Source: an uncultured bacterium
GTDB taxonomy: Bacteria; Babelota; Babeliae; Babelales; Babelaceae
Reading direction: 5' to 3'
Assembly: GCA_963848965.1 (NCBI GenBank)
Contig: CAWKFG010000004.1
Span: forward strand, 544,001 to 608,000
DNA length: 64,000 nt
Under the pieces are notes generated by a model, which was not told the DNA's origin, made no database searches, and worked only from the letters and a program-made list of their open reading frames with translations. A program made the position numbers and the translations under genes. Positions 57,012-64,000 of this stretch are shown in pieces. Each line of letters begins with the position of its first letter. Within the stretch, counting starts at the first letter, position 1.

Positions 57012-59477
57012 ATGGATAAAAAATACGATCATTTAAAAGCTGAAGCTGAAGCACAAGAATTATGGCACAAACAGGATACTTATGCTCTTGAGAATAATCC
57101 TGGTCCCCTCTATAGCATTGATACACCACCGCCTACAGTGTCTGGTTCATTGCACATAGGGCATATTTTTTCATATACACAAACTGATATTATTGCTCGC
57201 TATAAACGTATGAGCGGTTTTAGTGTTTTTTATCCCTTTGGTTTTGACGACAATGGGTTACCTACTGAGCGGTATGTTGAAAAAAAGCTTAATATTAATG
57301 CACATGCACTTACTCGCTCTGCTTTTATTGAACTGTGTTTACAAGAAACAGTTGCTATAGAAAAACAATTTGAACAGCTCTGGCGCCGTATTGGCCTTTC
57401 TGTTGACTGGAAACTCTCTTACTCTACCATTGATGAACGAGCACGTAACATATCACAGCTATCATTCATTGAGCTTTATAAAAAGGGCTTTATTTATCGT
57501 AAAAATGAGCCCGCTCCTTATTGCACTAATTGCAGGACATCGGTAGCCCAAGCTGAACTTGATGATGCTCAAAAAGCATCAACATTTAACGATGTTATTT
57601 TTACTTCAAACAATGAAAAATTGATCGTTGCTACAACACGTCCTGAACTATTACCTGCAGTTGTAGCACTCATGTATAATCCTCATGATACTCGCTATCA
57701 ACATCTTAAGGGACAAATAGCCATTACTCCTTTATTTGGCCAAGAAATACCTATTTTAGAAGATGAGGGTGTAGAGCTAGATAAGGGTACTGGTCTTGCT
57801 ATGGTATCTACCTTTGGTGATAAAGCAGATGTACAGTGGTTTAAAAAGCATAATCTTCCTTATAGACCTGCTATTGGTCTTGATGGAAAATGGTTAGAAA
57901 GCACAGGACCTCTTGCTGGCATGCGCGTAGCAACCGGCCGAGAGACAGTACTTAAGCTGCTTCAAGAGCACGGCCTTTTAGTAAGCTCACGACCTATTAG
58001 TCATGTGGTCAATGTTCATGAACGGTGCAAAAAAGAGATAGAGTATCTTGCATTACCACAATGGTTTTTATCATTATTGCCGTATAAACAAGAATTTCTC
58101 AGACTTGGCGACGAGATTGCCTGGTATCCTGAATTTATGAAAGCGCGGTACAAAGATTGGGTAGAAAATATTAGCTGGGATTGGTGTCTATCACGACAGC
58201 GTTTTTATGGAATTCCCTTTCCTACATGGCATTGCACTGCATGTGGAGAGATTCTTTTAGCTAATCCAAATGAGCTTCCTGTAGATCCTCAAGAAAAGCC
58301 TTATGAAGGTCCATGTCCACGATGTCATTCACGTGATATTAAGCCTGACACAGATGTTATGGACACGTGGAATACATCTTCGCTTACTCCCTATATTTGT
58401 GCAAGTCTTTACCGCAAAGAAACTAATGATCCCTTTAATGTTACTCATGCATTAGAATTTTTACCAATGACAATGCGTCCACAAGCACATGATATTATCA
58501 GAACGTGGGCCTTTGATACTATAGTAAAAGTATGGATGCATAATACTACTATACCATGGAATGACATTGTTATTTCTGGCCATGTATTGAGCACTGAAAA
58601 AGAAAAAATTTCTAAATCAAAAGGAAATAGTCCTCTTGCTCCTGAATCTCTTTTATCGGTCTATCCTGCTGATGCTATTAGATATTGGACTGCTTCCGGA
58701 AGTTTAGGATATGATACTGCGTTTTCTGAAAACCAATTAAGTATTGGACAAAAGTTGCTTATTAAACTGTGGAATGCATTTAGATTTGCACAGCCTTACT
58801 TAGAGCATTTTAATCCTAGACATGATACCCCTGCTTATCTTGGCCATGTCAATGAGTGGCTTTTAGATACTATCAGCGTTAGTTATAAAACATATATGAA
58901 ATACTTTCAGGTATACGAATTTAGTCTTGCTCTTGATACTATTGAAAAGTTTTTCTGGCATACATTCTGTGATAACTATTTAGAACTTATTAAAGATCAG
59001 CTTACTAATCCCGATAATTATTCTGCAGATGAAGTATATGCTACAAAATGGACATTATATCACGCTGGATTGCGTATTTTACAAATGTATGCCCCTTTTG
59101 TGCCCCATGTTACCGAAACTATCTATGGAATCCTTTATAGAACAACTATGCAAACGGCATCACTCCATCAAACAAAGTTTGATGATCATCAAACTTTGTA
59201 TACCTTTAAAGAGAGCACAGCGGCTATGGAAAAAATGCTTTCTCTTATTTCTCAAGTACGCAAACTTAAAAGCGAACATCAATTATCTTTACGAGCAGAT
59301 CTTGAAAAGCTTATATTTTACCCAACACACAAAGAAGATGCTCTTGTACTCCTTAAACAAGAGGCTCTTATTAAGGGTATTACACGAGCACAGACAGTTG
59401 AATATAAGTTAGAAAAACCAACAACTTCTACCCTTGAAGAACATGATGGTAAGTGGTATGCACATATAGTCCTATGA
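57012..59477 (+). CDS. valS: Valine--tRNA ligase (short, archaeal-type)
   Basis: Motifs DTPPPTVSGSLHIGH, DWCLSRQR, PQAHDIIRTW and KISKS; no long C-terminal coiled coil. Confidence 0.96.
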   Translation: MDKKYDHLKAEAEAQELWHKQDTYALENNPGPLYSIDTPPPTVSGSLHIGHIFSYTQTDIIARYKRMSGFSVFYPFGFDDNGLPTERYVEKKLNINAHALTRSAFIELCLQETVAIEKQFEQLWRRIGLSVDWKLSYSTIDERARNISQLSFIELYKKGFIYRKNEPAPYCTNCRTSVAQAELDDAQKASTFNDVIFTSNNEKLIVATTRPELLPAVVALMYNPHDTRYQHLKGQIAITPLFGQEIPILEDEGVELDKGTGLAMVSTFGDKADVQWFKKHNLPYRPAIGLDGKWLESTGPLAGMRVATGRETVLKLLQEHGLLVSSRPISHVVNVHERCKKEIEYLALPQWFLSLLPYKQEFLRLGDEIAWYPEFMKARYKDWVENISWDWCLSRQRFYGIPFPTWHCTACGEILLANPNELPVDPQEKPYEGPCPRCHSRDIKPDTDVMDTWNTSSLTPYICASLYRKETNDPFNVTHALEFLPMTMRPQAHDIIRTWAFDTIVKVWMHNTTIPWNDIVISGHVLSTEKEKISKSKGNSPLAPESLLSVYPADAIRYWTASGSLGYDTAFSENQLSIGQKLLIKLWNAFRFAQPYLEHFNPRHDTPAYLGHVNEWLLDTISVSYKTYMKYFQVYEFSLALDTIEKFFWHTFCDNYLELIKDQLTNPDNYSADEVYATKWTLYHAGLRILQMYAPFVPHVTETIYGILYRTTMQTASLHQTKFDDHQTLYTFKESTAAMEKMLSLISQVRKLKSEHQLSLRADLEKLIFYPTHKEDALVLLKQEALIKGITRAQTVEYKLEKPTTSTLEEHDGKWYAHIVL

Positions 59478-59920
59478 TCACTATTAAAAACACACAAAAA
59501 AAAGTAGAGCTTGATAAAAAGAAAGTACAAGCAGATGTACAAAAGATTTTAGACATTCTTAAGTACTCTGATTTCGATATTGGTATTTGGTTTACTGGTA
59601 ATAAAACTATACAAAAGTATAATCAAACATATCGCTCTAAGAATGTACCTACTGATATTCTTTCATTTCCCAATTACCCCTCGCTTAAACCAGGAGAGCG
59701 CATAAAAGCTCAAACAGAAGATGATCGCAATTTAGGAGATCTTATACTTTCACTAGAGTATGTTCAAAAAGATGCTCAACGGTTAAACATCTCCTTTGAA
59801 GATCGGCTCAAAGAACTTTTAGTGCATGGCATGTGCCATCTTCTTGGCTATGATCATATCGAAGATAAAGACTATAAACGTATGCGAGCAAAAGAGGTAT
59901 ATCTTCTTAAACATCTTTAG
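59474..59920 (+). CDS. ybeY: rRNA maturation endoribonuclease YbeY
   Basis: Motifs PTDILSF, LGD and HGMCHLLGYDH; ATGA overlap with the valS stop. Confidence 0.95.
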   Translation: MITIKNTQKKVELDKKKVQADVQKILDILKYSDFDIGIWFTGNKTIQKYNQTYRSKNVPTDILSFPNYPSLKPGERIKAQTEDDRNLGDLILSLEYVQKDAQRLNISFEDRLKELLVHGMCHLLGYDHIEDKDYKRMRAKEVYLLKHL

Positions 59921-60029
59921 TATGACTTGATGAGTAGCTGATAGCAGAAGAATAAGATATCTTTCTCAAAGCACTTACAAGTGTAAATACTATCATCACG
60001 ATAAGTAATAATACAACTGAAAAACGCAT
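59907..60029 (-). CDS. Possible 40-aa hydrophobic small protein or gene stub
   Basis: G-rich SD-like run before ATG 60029; MRFSVVLLLIVMIVFTLVSALRK... resembles a signal peptide. Confidence 0.3.
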   Translation of the reverse strand: MRFSVVLLLIVMIVFTLVSALRKISYSSAISYSSSHTKDV

Positions 60030-60184
60030 ATCTAGCCCCCCTATCTGATAGAACAAACACCATTTCTAGTGTAGTCACTATCCTTTTTTTGTCAATTTAA
60101 TTTAGCAACTTGCAAGCTTTTAATATAAGCATTATAATTACATTAATTACAAATAATCTATCTAATAAGCTCGGGGGGGCCACT

Positions 60185-61873
60185 ATGAAATTTATATATA
60201 GATATATTTTTATACTACTTTGTACTTCTTATGCGTATGCAATGGAACAGGATAAAGAACAGAAGTCGCGAGTACCATCTTTGTTTACTCTATGCCAAAG
60301 ACAAGCAATTACTGTTCTTTCTCAAGGACGGCTCAGCTTACGACAATTAAGAGAGCTTTTAGTTCTTTATAAAGATCTGCCTGCTAATATACTGACCCCT
60401 ATTATTTCATCGCTTGCTAATAATAACATCCTTCAACAAAACCATGGAGAAATTCCGCTGCTACTTGCTTTAGCAGAGTATTGTGCTTATCAAAGTAACA
60501 ATACCTGTTTGGAAAAAAACGCTCAAGAGATAAAAGAAGAAAGAAAAAAAGGTGAAGTACATAAAGGGGTAAGCAGAGATCACCTTCTTAGACGTCTTAA
60601 TCAAGCAATGGAACTGCCAGATACGTGTCCTTATGCAGCCCTTTTTATTACTCTTATCTCTAAAGCTCTTTACGCTGTCCAAGTACAAGATAGAGCATTT
60701 GAACAACCTTTGGTTACCGCCTGCCTTTATGATTATAAAACAGTTGTTGATTACCTTATTGCTCACCACACACGATTTCTCGACTTTACACATGCTGTAA
60801 TACAGCTTATGGAAAGAAACGAAGAAAAAGCTTGTATACTTATCAATCTTTTGAAAGATCGTAAAAAAAAGTTACAGACTCAAAGTCCCTTCTGCTTTGA
60901 TAGTAATAGTCTCTTTATACACGCCTTTACACACCGCTATACAAAGGTTCTACATTTGTTAGAAGCAGACATAGATTTTAAGGAGCTCCCTCTTGGATTC
61001 GTTCAGACTAATTATCTTTTTCTTAATAGATGGGCAGAAGATTGTATTTTAAGAGGAGATATATCACTATGCTCTCAGCTTATTGAGCGCATTAAAGCAA
61101 AGTGTGATATTAATCGTGTGTTGCTTCAAGTACCGGAATCTGGTTTTGCACATTCAACTCTCTTGTCAGCTGCTTTGACAAAAGAGTATGTAAAACTCGC
61201 TGCTTTATTACTTTCTCAAGGCGCAAATCCTAATAATGCATTACATGGAATACCTCTGTTGTATCAGACATGTCTACAAAATAATATTCTCCTTACTCAG
61301 CTGTTACTTGAATATGGTGCTAATGTTAACGCACGTTACCAACCAGAACAAGAAAATGAAGATACAGGTAATACAGCATTGCATATAGCAGCTCAACAGG
61401 GAAATGTAGATTGCGTTCGACTGCTTATAGAACATGGAGCACATATTACTATCAAAAACGAAGCAGATGTTACACCTTTACATAAAGCATGCTTCTATGG
61501 ACACAGTGAAATTGTGCAAGAACTTTTACAAAGAGGAGCAGAAGTAAATGCTCAAGATATAGAAGAAAGCACACCATTACATACCGCTTGCAAGCGAGCA
61601 GACCTTGAGCTTGTTAAGCTCTTACTTAAGCATAAGGCAGAAGTAAATAGTAAAACCGCTCTCGGACATACACCTCTTCATTCAGTGCTTTATGAACTTT
61701 TAGCAGATGATAGCAAAAAAGATCTACAAAAGCAGGTTATAGAGCTCCTTTTAGCTCATGGCGCTCAAATAGATGTAATGAACAATGATGATGATACTCC
61801 TTTAGATCTTGCTCAAGACTATGAAGATCCTGAAATCTTAGCTCTTTTTAAGGACAAAGGAAAAAAAGAGTAA
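60185..61873 (+). CDS. Secreted ankyrin-repeat protein with an N-terminal BC-box (SOCS-box-like)
   Basis: Start ATG 60185; ...AYA-MEQD; VPSLFTLCQRQAI; C-terminal ankyrin repeats. Confidence 0.85.
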   Translation: MKFIYRYIFILLCTSYAYAMEQDKEQKSRVPSLFTLCQRQAITVLSQGRLSLRQLRELLVLYKDLPANILTPIISSLANNNILQQNHGEIPLLLALAEYCAYQSNNTCLEKNAQEIKEERKKGEVHKGVSRDHLLRRLNQAMELPDTCPYAALFITLISKALYAVQVQDRAFEQPLVTACLYDYKTVVDYLIAHHTRFLDFTHAVIQLMERNEEKACILINLLKDRKKKLQTQSPFCFDSNSLFIHAFTHRYTKVLHLLEADIDFKELPLGFVQTNYLFLNRWAEDCILRGDISLCSQLIERIKAKCDINRVLLQVPESGFAHSTLLSAALTKEYVKLAALLLSQGANPNNALHGIPLLYQTCLQNNILLTQLLLEYGANVNARYQPEQENEDTGNTALHIAAQQGNVDCVRLLIEHGAHITIKNEADVTPLHKACFYGHSEIVQELLQRGAEVNAQDIEESTPLHTACKRADLELVKLLLKHKAEVNSKTALGHTPLHSVLYELLADDSKKDLQKQVIELLLAHGAQIDVMNNDDDTPLDLAQDYEDPEILALFKDKGKKE

Positions 61874-61886
61874 GCATACTGGGCCC

Positions 61887-62573
61887 TTATGTAGAGCCAG
61901 CACTTTCATCAGATGGAGCAGTTTCTTGAGCAAAGCTCGTAGTTTTTGAGAGCCACATAAGCTGTAGGTCAAGTATCTCTTCTTCTGAAAGCTGCCATGG
62001 TATTTGCGAACGTCGTAGTCGCTGTACAGTTTCATACAAACAAATGGCAACACTCACCGATATATTAAAGCTTTCAGTAAAGCCGTACATCGGAATTTTA
62101 GCAAAAAGATCTGCATGCTCAAGAGCATAGTGGCTCAATCCTTCTTGTTCAGTACCAAAAACAAGCGCTACTTTTTGAGTAAGCGGAAGTTCACTGATTA
62201 AAAGATCGTTTTTATGAGGCGTTGTTGCAACAATCTTATATCCTTCTTTTTTAAGCGCATCAAAACAGACTGCTGTATTATTAGTTTCTTTCTGATTATA
62301 ACGCTTGATAGTAAGCCATTGCGCCGCTCCTTTAGCTACGCTCTCATGAACATTAAATGTATGCTTTTGTTCAACGATATGCACATCTTGGACACCAAAG
62401 CAATCACACGAGCGCAAAGCAGCACTTGTATTATGTGCCTGAAAGATATCTTCAAGCACTACCGTTACATACCGAGTTCGCTCTTGTGCGTTTTTTTCTA
62501 TTTTTTCTCTGCGTGAAGATGTAAGGCGCTGTGCAAACTGATTAAAAAGCTCTTTTTTACGAGTAAGATCCAT
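61887..62573 (-). CDS. trmH: tRNA (guanosine-2'-O)-methyltransferase, TrmH family
   Basis: Motifs HNTSAALRSCDCFG, FGTEQEG and PMYGFTESFNISV. Confidence 0.88.
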   Translation of the reverse strand: MDLTRKKELFNQFAQRLTSSRREKIEKNAQERTRYVTVVLEDIFQAHNTSAALRSCDCFGVQDVHIVEQKHTFNVHESVAKGAAQWLTIKRYNQKETNNTAVCFDALKKEGYKIVATTPHKNDLLISELPLTQKVALVFGTEQEGLSHYALEHADLFAKIPMYGFTESFNISVSVAICLYETVQRLRRSQIPWQLSEEEILDLQLMWLSKTTSFAQETAPSDESAGST

Positions 62574-62766
62574 ATATATGCCTAAAATTTAAATAAAAAA
62601 TCATAAACATATCTAATGTACCAGTGTACAAACTTTCTGTATAGAATCCGATAATTCTAAAATAGCATAGAATCTCATTCAAATAGCAGGACGGCTGAAC
62701 TTGGTCTATATCCTGAGATTGCTCAGGAGTTCTCAAGAAGCTCACATCTCTTTAGGCAGAAGCAGC

Positions 62767-64000
62767 TCACTCAGAAATTTGTTGCCACAAGGAATTAATA
62801 GGTAATGCAAAAAGATTTTCACCAAATGGTATATATTGAGAACCGTTATATAGGACAATCCCTTTAATGAACTTCTTCTTCGCTTTTTCCTGTAAATATT
62901 TTAACCCTTTAAAATCTTGCGGAACCACTGTTTCACTATTTTTTACCTCTATGCCTACTATATATCCTGAACGATTCTCTAAAACAATATCGACTTCTTC
63001 ACCACTAAGAGCTCTAAAATGGTAAAGCTGTACCCTTATCTTACTCCAGGTCATCTGCTTTTTTAATTCATTAACTACAAAGTTTTCAAGTAGTTTTCCT
63101 GCAACACTATCTATTAAGACCTTTTCAAGAGTAACATCAAGCAAATAGGATAAAAGCCCAGAATCAATCAAATAAACTTTGGGAGATTTCATAAACCGTA
63201 TGGTAAAATTTGCGCTCCATGCTTGAACAAGATTAACAATGAAAATGGCTTCTAATAATGCCAGATACCGATGCACAGTCATAGTAACGATTTTAATATC
63301 TCGTGCAATTTCGGCTACATTTAAAAGATTTGAAGTTCTGTGAGATAAAATATTTAACAGCTTAGGAAATTCAGTTAGTTTCTCTATACTAGCCAGATCT
63401 TTAACATCCTTTTGTAATAATAGGTTTAAATAATTATACATCCATGCTTCAGATGATTCTTCATCCGTTTTCTGTACTGCAGGATACCCTCCTGTAATAA
63501 TTCTTTTGTACAGATTTTCTTTAGATAACTTTTCCTTAGGCGATCTAAGCTGTTTATCGTTAAATAGTGTTTCAATAAATAGTTCATCATGGTTATATAT
63601 TTCGCCCTGTGATAAAGGCATAAGATCAATGACTTCCAACCTGCCAGCAAGTGAATCACCAAGTCGAGGAATAAGTAATGGATTTGCTGACCCAGTAAGA
63701 AGATACCTTCCTGGTATACGATTTATATCTACATCCCTTTTAATAGCTAAAAAAATTTCTGGGACTCTTTGAATTTCGTCTATTATGACAGGTTTTTTTA
63801 AAGATAAAATAAATCCTGAAATATCACTTTTAGCAGCTAAATAAGTAATCTCATCATCAAATGTTACGTAATTATAATCTTTTTCTTGAACAAATTCTAA
63901 AGCAAGAGTTGTTTTACCAACTTGCCGAGCACCATTGATTAGAACCACTGGGCTACGATTTAATGCTTTACCTAAGATAGGCTTAATCTTTCTTTTAAAC
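62767..64000 (-). CDS. AAA+ ATPase with a DUF4143 domain (true start lies just beyond the window end)
   Basis: Motifs GARQVGKT, IDEIQ, LTGS, SLAGR and EVD...EVK; the frame stays open to 64000 (FKRKIKPILGKALNRSPVV). Confidence 0.88.
   Translation of the reverse strand, partial: FKRKIKPILGKALNRSPVVLINGARQVGKTTLALEFVQEKDYNYVTFDDEITYLAAKSDISGFILSLKKPVIIDEIQRVPEIFLAIKRDVDINRIPGRYLLTGSANPLLIPRLGDSLAGRLEVIDLMPLSQGEIYNHDELFIETLFNDKQLRSPKEKLSKENLYKRIITGGYPAVQKTDEESSEAWMYNYLNLLLQKDVKDLASIEKLTEFPKLLNILSHRTSNLLNVAEIARDIKIVTMTVHRYLALLEAIFIVNLVQAWSANFTIRFMKSPKVYLIDSGLLSYLLDVTLEKVLIDSVAGKLLENFVVNELKKQMTWSKIRVQLYHFRALSGEEVDIVLENRSGYIVGIEVKNSETVVPQDFKGLKYLQEKAKKKFIKGIVLYNGSQYIPFGENLFALPINSLWQQISE

Overview
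AT-rich bacterial chromosome segment using genetic code 11. No rRNA, tRNA, CRISPR array or intact transposase was seen. Housekeeping genes are present (proS 5' end, hisS, secA, pgeF, ftsQAZ, rlmB, alr, tyrS, archaeal-type valS, ybeY, trmH). They are interleaved with many signal-peptide proteins carrying eukaryote-like domains: ankyrin repeats, RING-H2, F-box-like, BC/SOCS-box, C2H2 zinc fingers and a decayed MYND finger. This content suggests an intracellular symbiont or parasite of protists, plausibly Ca. Dependentiae/Babelota (inference, not a database result). Main findings: (1) a 15-kb tandem array of three ~1600-aa secreted proteins, each with an N-terminal EndoU-like RNase domain fused to long ankyrin arrays and no immunity gene; (2) a shared signal-peptide pattern in which putative host-targeted effectors, but not envelope proteins, would have Met (often Met-Glu) as the mature N-terminus; (3) a secreted C2H2 zinc-finger protein with corepressor-like motifs; (4) several host ubiquitin-ligase mimics. 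Several frameshifts and pseudogenes absent from the ORF track are also reported, and some single-base indels may be assembly errors.
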